Shown piece after piece: positions 49,401 to 63,500 of a stretch of 64,000 bases of DNA. How positions within the stretch are numbered: position 1 is the first letter of the stretch; each line of letters starts with the position of its first letter. The stretch covers positions 17,927,026-17,991,025 of the forward strand of contig CM119269.1 of assembly GCA_051294375.1 (NCBI GenBank), in the 5' to 3' direction. Source of the stretch: Paraspadella gotoi (taxonomy: Eukaryota; Animalia; Chaetognatha). Position numbers and translations under genes: made by a program. A model generated the notes under the pieces. It was given only the letters and a program-made list of their open reading frames with translations, was not told where the DNA came from and ran no database searches.

Positions 49401-52050
49401 ATAATTACTGTACAATAGGAATGTGTTCGGGCGAAGCGACACCCGCGGCTGGGCAGCCGCCCTCCCCGCGTAATCAGCGACAGCTCGGCTGAATAGAAAG
49501 CCCGGCCGGAGCGGATGCGGCGCCCGCGCGGAATTCATTTGACAATGCCAGCCAGGCGCGCCCGACGGAGCGGCAAACGGCGGCGGTTTTAATAGTTTGT
49601 AAGCGAGTTAGCATTGGAAGCATGGACAGTCCGAGTTTGTTCAAGGCCGGAAGCAATTTTAAAAGTCACCCGGCCCTGTGCCTATTGGAGTAGAGAGAAA
49701 CGAGATTTGCATAAATTCAGTTTTCATTCTATACTGGAGAGCCAGCCAGAGCAGCACTCGCATGAGAGATGCAGCACGTCACCTCGCACGGGGGCGGCCC
49801 GAGGAGAGCCGCGAGACCGAACGGAGAGAGATGCACGAAGCAGAACCGGCACGCACTCGGTGCAGCAGATGAGTCCAGAGAGATGAGCTCAGAGAGCAGC
49901 CAGCATTGACTTCTATTCGCGATACTTAATCTGCCCCTACCATGAATCACTTTTAGCCGCTCCGTTCGCCCGTCATTACCAATACTATGCCCCGCAGGCT
50001 TCGTTTTGTTTCCTCTTTTTTACTTACTTCACTTTCTTTTAATACCTTACTGCCACTTGCTTGTAACATTATCATCTCATTAATTATTTTGGAAACCCAT
50101 CTAACCTACCTCTTTAGCTACTCTCTCCTCCATCCTACTCCCTCCCCCTCTCTCGTTCCCTCCACTCCTACTCTCCCTGGATCTTCTCCTCTTCTACTTC
50201 TCTCACTCCTCTTCTACTCTCGTCTCTCCTTCTAACTCTCTCTCTTCACCTCTCTCTACCTACTCCTCTCTTCATATCGTCCTTCCAACCAAATTGTCGG
50301 ATACGTAAATATCGGCAAATACATTTTCTAACGTTCCAGACTTTTCCATCCTCGGATCCACCATATCTACTACCTTCTGTCGCGCACTGGCTTCTGATCC
50401 CTTCTAATCGCCCCCATGACCTCATCACGTCGCCTCAATCTATCACTGCACTCACCCCTTCGCGTCTGCCGCACTCCCATCGAGGCTTTTCTTTTAGCCA
50501 ACTGCACCAGAACGTCGAGCCTCGAGCCAGATCTCGAGGAGAAAGCATGAGCTGAGAGACAGAGACCAGCACAGACGCATGACACGCACGAGATGAGAGC
50601 AGACATGAGACGAGCAGGATGATAGAACCTAGACGAAGACGGACGAGCACTGAGACTGAGCATGAGAAGAGTAAATCATCTGTGCAAATCATTCCGATTA
50701 AACGAAATCGACGACCCGTCGAATCAATATTATGCATCCCGGCAGTCTCAAGAATCCACCCCCCCTATTAATTCGCGCCATTACCACCGCAACACCATAC
50801 ACAGCACATCAATCATCCTCTCATCTCTATCTCTCTCCTACTCTCTCTTCTCTCTACTCTCTTACTCTCTCTCTACTCTCTACTCTCCTCTTCTCTCTCT
50901 CTCTCTCCTCTCTCTCTCCTCTTCAACGCTTCTATTGGCGTAGTCGAACACTACATTGCGGCGCCCTTATAGGCAAGACTTCTTTTGCCCAAGGACGTGC
51001 GGAGCCCGAAAGCAAATCAGAGAGACGAGAGCATGACGATGCGATAGACGCGACGCCACGAGAGAGCCAGACAGAACATGTTTCCTTTATTCCCGTCACC
51101 TTACTTTGCGACGATTTTACGCCGCTAGCCCCATTTTTATTCCATTCGCTGAGGCAAGGCGTCAGTGTGGCTTGAGCGCCATGTACGAATTCGTTTCTGA
51201 ACCGTTATCCTTCCAGCCTATTTCTCTTCTTTCTTCCCTTCCTTCTTATTACTCCCTTCCTCTCGCCCTTCGTCCGCCACTAATCTCGCGCTCACTAATG
51301 CGTGCACTAGAAACATTGCATAATTTTGAAAAAAAAAAAAGCAGCCCGACAGGAATGAAGGATAAAGTCATGCTTTATTACCTATGCCAAAGGTCGAAGC
51401 CCAGGCAATGTGCGCATTCATCGGCCGCTGCCCCGCGCTTCTCAGCTTTCGTCTTCTCCTACCTCTTTTTCCGCACGCGACCGTCTCTATCTCTCTACTC
51501 TCCTCTCTCTCTCTCTCTCTTCTCTTCTATCTCTCTCTCTCTCATCTACTACTCTCCTCATCTCTCTCGTCTCTCCCTCTTTCTCTCTCCATTAATCGCA
51601 CTAATCAGAAATCCTATTGCTTCGCCTTATAGCCCCACCAATCAGAAGTTCGAGCAAGAACATCGATCCACCATTTTCGTTACTGATGTTTGCCTCTTGC
51701 GAAATAATAGGAATATTCCATAAACTTTATGGGTTCGGCAGTGGCCGTCCTTGTCTCGTCGTGGCCTCGTCAAAATAGAGGTGATCGCTTGAGAGAGAGA
51801 GATGAGGATGAAAGATGAGAGGAGAGACGAGAGAAGAGAGAGAGAGGAGGAGAGCAGAGAGNNNNNNNNNNNNNNNNNNNNNNNNNACATCCGAACCCAT
51901 AACGTTATGGGAATATTCCTAAATTAATTTCCAAGAGCAAAATCGAACGAAAATGGTGGATCGATGTTCTTCTCAACTTCTGATTGGCTGGCTATAGCGA
52001 GCAAAGGTTTCTGATTAGTGGANNNNNNNNNNNNNNNNNNNNNNNNNTCA
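46500..52050. other. Low-accuracy (raw long-read-like) sequence, probably containing the Hey 5' exons/promoter
   Basis: Garbled microsatellites, no clean ORFs, inverted copy around the gap 51862-51887; minus strand near 48530-48560 reads SC-QLLTR, similar to the pre-bHLH segment of Hey. Confidence 0.55.
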
Positions 52051-52414
52051 TCGTGTCACGAAAAAAAAGAAAGGATTTTCAAAGGGAATATTCCCGGACG
52101 GATTATTATTGCCAAGAGAAATCGTGGTTTTTCGAACAAAAAATCGCGAAAAAAAGTAAGAAAAAAAAAAAAAAAATATTCTTTCGATTCTTTGATGTGA
52201 AAAATTTAGGGTAAGAATTTCGCCAAAGGAAAGTGAGTCTCTTTCTCACACCTTTATGACGAACTTACTTTTTCTTACTCACTCTTTTTTTCTTTTACTT
52301 CTCTTCCTTACTTCCCTTTAACAACTCAAAAGAAAAGAAAACCTTTCTTTCCTTGCTTACTATTAAAGTACAAAATTTGTTCTATTTTTTTACTATCATC
52401 ATTTTTTTACTTGC

Positions 52415-52447
<33 letters not shown>

Positions 52448-52901
52448 TCTCTCTCTCTCTCTCTCTCTCATCTTACTATAAATGAAGGAATTGAAAACAA
52501 AAAATTTCTTAAATCAAGTTTGATTTGAATATTGGGCTATTTATTATTTTTAACCAAATATTTATAAAATAAGATTTTTTTGTCGTTTTAAAGTTTTTTT
52601 CTTCTTTTTCCAGAAAAAAATTCGTGAAAAAAAATGGTTATGAGGAACAACACGAGAGCGAGAGGATCGTAAGGTTTCAACCTTATTTGGAATTGGACAA
52701 GTGTCCAAAGAGAGAGAGAGAGAAGGAGAGAGAGAGAGACGAGAAGATAGAGAGAGGGAGAGAGAGAGAGTGAGGGGAGAGAGAGAGAGTGAGAAAGACG
52801 AGAGAGAGAGAGAGAGAGAAGAAGAGAGAGAGAGGAGAAAGTCGTCTGTCGCTTCTCCGGCCCCCTAAAAATAATTGTAATATGATTCAGAGAAGCAGAA
52901 T

Positions 52902-52985
<84 letters not shown>

Positions 52986-55119
52986 TCCCGCCGGTTCTGC
53001 TCCGGAAGCGGATTTTTTTCTTCTTTTTTTTGGGAAATAAAAGTGAATAGTCATGTCAGTTTATTTCTTTGTCTCTCATCTGGGATGAATAAATGAATGA
53101 ATGAATGAATGAAGTAAAATCAATAAATAAAAAAATAGTGAATGATTGAATTTATGAATGAAAGAATGAGTGAACGAATAAAGAGTAAAAAATGAGTGAA
53201 TGAATGAATGAATGAATGAATGAATGAATGTTTGAATGTAAAAATGGTAATATGATAAAGTCAATGAATAAAACGCTAATTTACAGAAAGATCATGTATA
53301 TTTATTCTTATTATTTATTATTTAATCTCCTTTTGACCAAATAAATAAAAGTGACGACGAAAATATTTCGCGAGAAAAAAAATAAATTTTGATATGAATT
53401 TATTTTTTTTCGGGAGGGGGCGGTGAGGGGGCGATGAGGGGGCGCCCAAGAATTTTGTCTCGAAAACTTTTTTCTTTTTTTTTTCGCAGAGGAAAGAAAA
53501 ATGTTATTACAAAGAAGCAAAAAGGCAAAAAAAAATTAGCAATTTATTTAATTCATTAAAATGAGTCTCAAGGATTTGTTAGTTTAGTTTAGTTTAGTTC
53601 CATTAATTCCAAAAAGAAAATCGCTTTACCAATCAAAAAATACCTTATTATTATCCAACATGAAAACGAATGATTACAAACTTTATGCTCATTTGTTCTC
53701 CAAAAACACTTTTCTAACCTAAGTCTTGAGAAAAAAAACGTTTGTTTAGGCGAAAAGGAGCAATTACTGACTAAGAATAACGGCCATTAACGACGGAGCT
53801 AAAAAATACCCACCGCGCCCCAGAAGTTTGAGGGGAAAGGCAGCGCGTTTTTCGATTCCCGAAAGTCGTCAGAATGTCGCATTTAATTTTTTGAAAAAAA
53901 AAACAATTCTTAGTTTAAATCCACTGAAAATTATATAATTTCGAATCGAGAGACGAATTTTGAGTCAAAATCGAAAAAGATCATTCAAAATTTCGTCAAT
54001 CTGCGGTATGCTTTAAATAAGGGGTTTTAGAGGTGTTTTTTTTTTTTAAATACCACTTTTACATGATGACTAATTGACTGCCGCTCGCGGTTCCGTATAT
54101 GGTTACCTTTACTTTAACGACAAAACTTGTGCCTTTGTTTGAAAAAAAAGTTTTTGATATAATTAAACGGATTGATACTCGAAAAACGGTAAACGCATGA
54201 ATGATACACAAAGCTAGTTTAAATTTGAATAAATTCCCGCAAAATTATTTATGAAATACAATAAAACTGAAGCAAAATTATCTAAAATTTGATCAGAGTT
54301 GAAAGCGACATCTCCTCATAAAACTTTAAAACTGACCCAAATTCTCTCAGCGATGTTCCTGACATCTTTGGTCGGATTTGTCTTTTGTTTTCGCAGAAAA
54401 AGGCTCGGAGACCAAAATGTGGGCACCCGAATGCCTCGTTTGGTACAGAATAAGCTCTTTAATTCATATAATATATCACGCCTACTTACTTCGTTGATGT
54501 AATATTATATTTGAAAATTCTCTCTTATCACGTTTCTTTATGAGAGGGGCATAGTGGCATACGGATATTCTGGTAATCGTTTTTAAACTACGAACTAGTA
54601 CAAAAACTGTAGTAACTCATTTCTAATCTAACAGTGTTATAAAACGGGGTGAACTATAACAAATTTACTTCGAATCATAAATATATCAATTAATATCAAT
54701 CACGTGAAACATATTTTAGCGGAACAAGTTTTTAGTACGACGATTAATCTCAAGTCAAATACATAAATTTATGTAAACAAACGAAATGGAAGAAAATCTA
54801 AATTTGATGATTAAAGACAAACGCCACATATTTTTTGTCGCTTTTGACATGATTTATGTTGAGACGGCTGGAATAAGACAATCCTGAAAAAAAATAAAAA
54901 ACTAAATAAAAAAAATTTAAAAAAAAAACTGTAGTGGGTTTCGAATTTGTAATAATAACAAATTCACGAGTCATTGGCACTTGGCTTAAATCTTCACGCC
55001 TCAATAATATAATGACATTACAATCAATGTGGTAATTCGGGGGAATCTCTGTAGAATTAAATGACAAAGTTAACAAAGACCTTAAGCACATTTTTAATCA
55101 TTAGAGTTAAAAGCCGGGG

Positions 55120-55405
55120 GCAAATCTTTTTTAGGCTTTGACCAAAATTTTTAGGGACAAGCCCAAGCTAAAAAATGTGGCCCAAATCTCCTTGACCTGG
55201 CTCTCAACTTTTTAGCTTTGGCCATGATTTTGAGAGTCCAGTCAAGCTCAAAGTCTGGAACAAATCTCCAACTTTAGCCAGGATTTTTGACGCCAACCCC
55301 AAGCTCAAAACTGGCGCAAATACCTTGACTTTGGCCAAGATTTTACAGGCAAAGCCCGAAAGCTCAAAATCTGGAACAAATCTCCTTGACTTTGGCAAGA
55401 TTTTA
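55120..55405. repeat. About 58-bp tandem repeat made from the last codons and stop of the ph SAM exon
   Basis: 4-5 diverged units of (minus strand) AAAATCTTGGCCAAAGTCAAGGAGATTTGTTCCAGATTTTGAGC. Confidence 0.75.
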
Positions 55406-58349
55406 AGCGCGCGTTCCCAGTTTGATATTCATGTTGGACATGAGGTGATCTTCCTAAAGCATCAAAGCTTCGCCGTCGATTTCTTGAGAGAAAAATTCGA
55501 CGGCGAATTGTGAAACATCCCTCGATGGAGGAGACAAAATGGTAGACATCTGGACCTGTGGAAGGAGGGAGGGAAGGGGAGAGGGGAAAAGAGAGGGAGG
55601 GAGAGAGCGAGGAGGAGGAAGGGGAGGAGGAGAGGGAGGGGCGGAGGGAAGGAGAGGGGGAAGAAGAAGGAAAGGGAGGAAAGTTAATAGGAAGGGCAAG
55701 AAGGAAGAAAGGGAGGAAAAGAAGGAAGGAAGGAAAGGAAGGAAGGAAGGAGGAAGGAAGGAAGGAGGAAGGAGTAAGGGAGGAAGGGAAAAGAAGAAAG
55801 GAAGGAAGGAAGGAAAGGAGAGGGAGGTAGAGGAAAAAGGAAGGAAGGAAAGAAGAGAAATGAGGAAAAGGGAAAAAAAGGAAGAGAAGAATATTTATTT
55901 TATATTCTAATAAATGTCGTTCATTTTCTTTTTTACATTCCTTTTTTTTTTTTAATCTTTCCACCTCTTTAAAATCTGTTTCAGTTCTGTTTTGCTACAT
56001 ATTACTTTTTTTTCCTATTTTATTTCCATATTTTGTCTGTCGCTTCGTGTATTTTTCTGTTCTTTCCATCCTATCAGTCATTTTTGTAGCTTTATATCTA
56101 TCCAACTATCCATCCGTCCATCTTTTTATCCATCCATCCATCCTCATCAAATCCATCCATCTATCCGTCCCTCCATCTATCCGTCCATCCATCCATCCAT
56201 CCATCCATCTCACCGTCAAGTCGACGGGTGATTCTGTTATGTCGTCGTCGTCGTGAACCAGCTGCGCCGCTCCGTCGAATCCTCTCCCGCAGCCAGCCCG
56301 GCGACGCCGCGGCGGAGGCCAGGGAACGCCGCCAGCGACGACGCCGACTCTGGCGGCGTCGGCGGAGAAGTTCGATCGGCGAATCCGGCGACGAGGAGGC
56401 GCGAGAAGTGGCGGCGCTTCTGACCCCGGAGAGCCGAAGGATGAGAGTGCTCGGGAGTGTTGGCGGGGTTGTGGTGGGGATTGTGGTGGGGATTGTGGGA
56501 TAATGCCCGGTGGGTGGATGCTGTGGGAGTAAGGAGTGGAGAAAGAATGTATTGAGGAGAAGGGTTATTTATTTTTTGGAATATTTAATAAATTTAATAA
56601 ATATTAAATAAATTAGCATATAAAAGAAATATAAAAAAAACAGTATTTTATTGGCATAGCGAGTATCTTAAGCCCAAGCATTTATAAAAAAAAACGAAAA
56701 GAGATTCCCAAACAATGCGAACGAGTTGTGCAAGCAAATAAATGAGAGCCAAGCATATGAATCAAAAACGGAAAAAGAGATACAAGCAGATGTAAGAACC
56801 AATAGCGTGCAGAATAATTCTACGTACTTCGTGCAAAATAAAGTAAGCTTGCGTGTAAATAATGTAAGGCTGCGTGTAAAGATACAAAATTCGTGCAAAA
56901 CAAAAGACGGATGCGCAAAAAAAAAAAAAAAAACAACAACAGGAAAATAATTTTTGAAAACAAAAAATCAAGGCGGTCGACAGGATAGGTTATAAATGTG
57001 AGCAGTAATTTCCTCATTCGGACCGATTATAATTATCATGATATTATCATTATCATATCTCTGATTGTCAGTGATAACTGATGAAACGTGCGTCATTTTC
57101 CCCCGATATCCGCCGCCGCCGGCCACCTTCACCAACGCACCTACCTGACTCGTTTCCGGCGACCGGATTTTTCCGGCACTTTTCCGATTCTCGGCGCCGA
57201 AAGATTCGACTCGATCGAGAGCCGGGGGACGGCGCCCTTTCGTCGTCGTCGTCTCGGCTATCGTCGCTCAAGCGCGCCGTCACGCGCCTGCGATTTCTGA
57301 CGCCGGCGCCATCGAATCGGAGGGCGCCTGTCCACACCCGGACGACGCGGTCCTGACCTGGACAGCGCCGATCCCGACTTCGTTCTTCATCGACTATTTT
57401 CTCTTTCAATTTTGATTTTTTGAAGTTTTTTCTTGTGAACCGGTGAACCCATTTGCCAAGAAGAAGGATGATCCGGTGAACGTTTAAGTTTTAATTTGAT
57501 CTGTTGTGTTTTGTTTGATGTTTTTTTTTATGTTTTTGTTGTTTATTTATTCATATTTTTTATTGATGTTTTAGTGGTTTTTATATGTCAAATATTTAAG
57601 TTGGTTCAAATTTTCCGTGTTTTTGTTTGTAGATATAGATGTTATAGTTAGTTTGTTGATGTTATTGTTTACATATTCGGATTTATTTTCGTTGTGTGTT
57701 TAATGTTTAAGATTTGATGTTTGTTACCAAAAGTCAAACATCGAACGAGCAACAAAGAGGACAAAGAGGACAAAGAGGACGAAATTCCGAAGAAAAAAAA
57801 CGACAAGAGAAAAATCCAGTGAGAAAAAAGACAAAGAAAGAAAGGACAAAGTGGGACAGGGAAAAAGAAAGAGAGAGTGATGAAGACCACGTGAAAAACT
57901 GTGACGAATCTACATTTAAAATACTAAAAAAAATTCTTTTATCTGTTGACTGTATATTTTAAAAAATTTATTTCATTTAAACTATTTTTGAGTTATTTTA
58001 CTAACAATAAGTAATATAATTACCACTAAATAACAATTTATATCACTACTTATATTTATAATAAAAACTTAATTTTTCTCACCCGATTGATCGAATCTGA
58101 CGGATGACTTGAAGGATTCTCTCGACTGGATGACCTCGCCCGCGGCTGGGCTGTGAAGGGGCTGTTGAAGGGGTTGTTGAAGGGCTGTTGATGGGCAGGA
58201 GGCTGGGGCTGTTGTTTTGTTGTTGTTGTGACGTTTCGACGAATTTCTTTTTCGATTGACGATCACATTCATCGCTTCGTGATTTTCGTTTGATTCTAAA
58301 ACTCCTGGAGAGAAAATAGAAGTGATCAGCGGTGGGACACTCTCACTCT

Positions 58350-58409
<60 letters not shown>

Positions 58410-59922
58410 CCCTCATCTCTCTCCTGATTCACTATCTCAAAAATTAAAGGTTTTCATCAATTCTTCGATATTAAAGCGAGTCTTGAAAGAAAGCTTGCAG
58501 GGACCTGCCTATATCATTATCTTGTAAGATGATGGAGGCCTTAAACCACCAAAGCCTGCCCCAAAGTAGGGTCCAGATAGCTAATTTATCAAACGAATGG
58601 ATAATTTACCTGTCGATTGTACCAATTTCATAATACATCAAATTCCATATATAATTATAAAACATAATCTCCCCCCCCCGTCATTTCAACCCACCGTTTT
58701 CCGTCTTCGCCGACATAAGAAGGAGTGACCTCTTCTCTCTCTCTCCCTCCTCCTCTTCCTCCTCCTCCTCCTCGTCGTCAGCATCGATGCAGACGACGCT
58801 TCGGCGTCGTTGTCTCCATCGTCGTCGTGCGTCGGTCGAGAAGGGAACGACGACAGAGGCGTTGTATCGTTTGGCGCAGGTGGTCGAACAGAATCGACCG
58901 GATTTGCGGAATTTCTCCGCCAGATCGAACTTTTAAGGGGAGAGAGGGGTGATAGAAAGGGGGGGTTAGGGGAATTAAAGCCGTAGATGGGGATTGGGAT
59001 GGGGATGCAGATGGGGATGGGGATGTTGTGGGGATGTGGATGGGGTTTGGGATGTTGTGGGACAAAAACGTTTAAAAATGCCCAAAAATGAAGGAATGAC
59101 TTGGACTCAATGATCTCACAATAAGTTTTGAGAAGTCACCTCATGTCATTTCGAATCATCTCATCTCGTTTCGAATCATTTCACTTCATTTTAAGTCACC
59201 TCACCTCACGATCTATTTTTTAACTGAATTATTTTAATCGTACCTTACCCATCAGCCTCGTCTTAAACCACCCCTTACCCGTCCAACTCCCCGATTCAAA
59301 AAATTAACTCACCTTCCCGCATTTCTCGCACTTGAGCTTCGGCTTCGCCTCACCCTGCGTCGCCAGCGCCTGAGCCATGAGCCGCTGCTGATCCCCGGGG
59401 TGAGAGGGCAAATGGCAGGGGTAAGGGCGGAGTGGCGGATGAGCCGCGCGGGGCCGAGCCTTCCGGCTCCATGCCGCCGCCGACGGGGTTCGTCGAGGAA
59501 GGGCTGGAGGAGCGGAGGCGACGCCGGCGCGGACGAGGCTGTCGCTGCTGACGCTGCTGAAGGATCATGCGTCTCCAATCAGGGAAAGTTCGGGCGCTTG
59601 AGAATCAGAATCTGTGGGAAGGGGGAGGGGGATAAGTATTTATTAATTTAATTAATTTAATTATTTCATATCCTCTAGTTTACAACAGAGTATTTAATCA
59701 ATAACAAGTCATTCACAAATCAAATTATTGATCAGTTATTCACAAAAACCAATACAGTCACAAACCAGTAAATGCTCCTCATCTCCCCTCCTCCTCTTCC
59801 CCCTCCTTCCTCCTCATCTCCCCTTCCTCCTCCTCCTCATCTTCCCCCTCCTCCTCACCTGATCTTCCTCTTTCGATTCTCATCGTCAAAGATTTTTTTC
59901 TTTTCTTTTCTTTCTTTTTCCT

Positions 59923-59959
<37 letters not shown>

Positions 59960-61260
59960 TGTCGCGAAGGCGTCGTCGTCGTCGTCGTCGTCGTGTCGTC
60001 TGAGCCGCGAAAGCGAGGAGACGGACCGTCCTGGGGAAGAGAATGATTGCTTTATGACTGATTGATTGTTGATAAGAGTCATACATATTGGCGATTGAAT
60101 AGATTTAGAAAATTAAAGATTGATTGATCGATAGAAAGAAATATCGATTTATTGATTGGTTAATGATCGGTTGATTAATTTAATAATCGATTGATTGATA
60201 ATTGATTGATTGCTTACCTCGATTTGATGTCGATTTGGAGACGCTTCGGACTTACGATCGCGTTGGAGCGACATTCGTTCACATCAGAAAGTGAGGATCT
60301 GTTGACCTGTCAAAGTGAAAATGTAACGTTAATGTAACTCGGGCTATGTGAAATGTAAGCCAGTATTGATAAATCATTCATAAAATTATCGCAAACAAAA
60401 ATGACGTGTCACAAGTATTTATAAAATTTTAGAATCACATATGACAAAGTCAATCACATTTATCACAACTGCCTATCACAACTCACTGGAAAGGCACCCA
60501 GCCTCCTCAATCACATTTATCACAACTGCCTATCACAACTCAATGAGAAAGGCGACCCTGACTTCTCAATCATATTTATCACAAGTGCATATCACAACTC
60601 CTGGCGAAAGGCGACCCTGCCTCCTCAATCACATTTATCACAACTGCCTATCACAACTCACTGGAAAGGGCAAACCTGCCTCCTCAATCAATATATCACA
60701 ACTGCCTATCACAACTACTGGGAAAGGCGTCCCTGCCTCCTCAATCAGAATCCGTCGATCAAATGAGTCAGAATTTTCGATTCGTCGTCCGTCGTTGTTG
60801 TTGTTATCCTCTCGGACGCCGCGGGTCAAACCGGCGCCGTTCGCTTCTTTCTCGGCGTCATTTCGATCGAGCGGACGTCGATTCTTTATACGTCAAAAGG
60901 GCTGCGTCGTTATGGCGGCGTTGAGAGACGAGCGGCGACGTGAGGGTGAGTTTGGTGAGACGAGTCGGTGAGTCGGAGTTTGATTGAGGAAGAGGAGAAG
61001 ATTGAAGGAGGATGACTGACCAATAGGCGTTCGAGTTTCCGCCGTCGTTACGTCGCGTGGGAGACGAAGGAGCTTTCCTATTGTCGAACGGGTTGAAAGG
61101 ATTGTGTTTCGCCGACCAATGGGGAAGCGGGATTTTGTAACCAAGGGGGAATGGATTTCGACCAATGGGAAGCGGGATTTGTAACCAATGAGGAAGAAGG
61201 ATTCCTCGCAATGTCTTTGGAGTCGCGAGGAAGCTGCTGCTGCTGCTGCTGCTGCTGCTG

Positions 61261-61331
<71 letters not shown>

Positions 61332-63500
61332 GTTGTTGTTGTTGTTGTTGTTTTGTTGTAACTTTTCTGTTGTAGTTGCTGCAGCTGTTGTTTCGATCTT
61401 TGTCCTTGCGATTTAGTGAGTTTTAGCGATTTTTGCTGTAAGCGAATTCGACTGCTGATTTTGATGTTGCTGCTGTTGGGCTCCGGCGGCGCCTTTGCTT
61501 TAGCCACGACCCCGGTTTCTCTTTTGGGCGCCGTGTGAGGGAGTCCTCCGTGAACGCCGTGTCCTACAGGCGACGCCGTGGAATCTAGCGGCGACGATAC
61601 AGGGGGCGTAATTGAGCACGGAGTCATTGTGGGCGGCGTCGATGTGAGTGGTGTCGATGTGGGCGGCGTCGATGTGGGCGCCGTCATTGTGGTCGGCGCC
61701 ACGGGTTTAGAGGCGGCGCCGTTTTGACTCGTCGCCGGAAAATGAAGAGAAAGCGCCGGGTGACGCCGCCAATTTGCCGGCGTCAAAGGCGCCGAGACAG
61801 AGAACGCCATCGGAAGCGGCGTCGAAGCCAACGCCGGCGACGTCACGCCCACGCGAATTGCGTGGCGGCGTCGCCCGGCATCGTTAACGCACGTAACGGG
61901 TGGAATGGTTCCGTGTTGCTGCAGGTGCTGCTGTATTTGTTGTTGTTGCTGTAGCTGTTGTTGTTGCTGCAGTTGCTGCTGTTGTTGAAGGGCGGCGAGG
62001 GCTGCGGCGACGGTTGGTTGGTGGCGTTGCGGGTTTTGTCGGTGGACGCGCCTGAAAAAAGACAAGAAAAGACGCAATTTTCAAGTAAGTTTAATAATTA
62101 AATAATAATTAAGGAAAATCGCTCTTGCGAAATTGGCCTGGGTTGTCTAACAGTTCAAGATAAAAAATATTTAAACAATTCACATTGTTAAATAAATAAT
62201 GAAGCTTCCTTTAGCTTTCTCAGATTGCCATGCAAAAAGTACAAGTCTTTATTTCTCAGGAAGAGCTCAATGATCACGTGCTGCTCCACGCGGGAACTTT
62301 GGAAAATTACGCCCACGACCGAAAAATAAAACAAAAGATCCGATTGAGATTTTCTTTCCTTTGCCAAATTACAAAGTTAATTATTGACTAATGAGCCTTC
62401 CTTAATTAGGCCATTATAATTACCTACCTTTTGAATATTTCTATTGTTAATATTCCCATGAGTTGAGCGACACTTCCACCCGGGGAGCCAATGGAACTTC
62501 CGGTTTCTGTGGGCGAGTTGCCCTGCGGGGTGACGGCGGAAGAAAACGACTCGTTGTCGTCGTCGTCGAAATCTTATTGGTCGAAGAGAAAGACTTTGGC
62601 TTCTGATTGGACGAAGATGAGACTCCGACCGACGGAATCGAGATGCTCTGTTGAAATGAAAACAAACAAATGATTAAGTATTAAAAGATTAATTTATTAA
62701 AGATTTTAAAAACGATTTTACTAATTTCTACTGATTACAAAGTTACAATATTACATATGACATATTTTCCGGAAAACAACATTTATCATCCCCATCCCAA
62801 TTATTAGATAAATAATATTAGATTTCGTTAATTTAACATAGAGATTATAGAAATTAGAAATACAATAAAGAAAAAAATAATACGATTATATTTATAATTT
62901 TTTTCTAAAATTAAAATTGTTCTTTCGGCAATGATATATTTAAATTCATTAATATTTTAAATTTATAACGAAATATTTTTGACAATTGTTTTTAAAATAG
63001 CATAAAATTAATAATGGGATAACTCCAACAGAAACATTTAGTTTTTACAAATTAGGCATGCAAAATAATTGACAGATGACAGATGGACTATTGACAAAAT
63101 AGTTGACCAGAATCACTCGACAGATAATAAAACGATTTTACATTGTCGTCGTTGTCAACCATTTAAATGTTAAATTGTTATATAATATTACTGACAGCTG
63201 ATTTAAACAGAATTACAGACGAGACAACTAAAGAGATGGGCTGATTGTGCATGACAGTTTAATCAGTCCCACCTTCAGCGCCGACAGCGGATCAACATCA
63301 ACATCGCCGCCGCTGCCGACTCAGCCTCGCCGCATTCCCGCCGCCGACGCAACGACGCCGCAGCGATCTGTCGCAAATGCGCCGCCGAGAGTCCGACCGA
63401 CGCCGGAAATAATCCGGCGCCGTTAAGCAGCGCGAGAGATGATACTCGTTGAGAGCGGCGACGGCGGCGGCGGCGTATCTCGGGTCGGCGCGGCGTCGGG
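55364..63500 (-). CDS. ph: Polyhomeotic (PRC1 subunit, PHC family), multi-exon; sequence has indel errors; 5' end uncertain
   Basis: HD1 [20 protein letters not shown] (about 60718-60780); FCS zinc finger LKCEKCGK|[23 protein letters not shown] (exon boundaries about 59313 and 58931); SAM SPVD(W)T|[52 protein letters not shown] (56226 and 55364-55555); long Q/P/T-rich exon about 60720-62052. Confidence 0.9.
58476..58632 (+). mobile_element. Partial R1 (Penelope-like) copy in a ph intron
   Basis: gagtcttga..gaaagcttgcagggacctgc..gatggaggccttaaaccacc..gtaccaatttcata matches R1. Confidence 0.7.
60445..60748. repeat. About 60-bp tandem repeat spanning the ph HD1 exon end and splice donor
   Basis: About 5 units of (minus strand) ATTGAGGAGGCAGGG..GCCTTTCC(C)AGTGAGTTGTGATAGGCAGTTGTGATAAATGTG. 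Confidence 0.8.

Noticed and set aside
51590-52022. Biological hairpin/inverted repeat
   Set aside because: Centred on an N gap with noisy arms; looks like a gap-fill artefact.
55120-60748. CRISPR-like arrays
   Set aside because: Whole units are repeated without unique spacers; eukaryotic context; no cas genes.
55364-63500. ph (and GPCR exon 1, Hey tail) as pseudogenes or programmed frameshifts
   Set aside because: Indels cluster in regions with degraded microsatellites and gaps while amino-acid conservation is high; sequencing error is more parsimonious.
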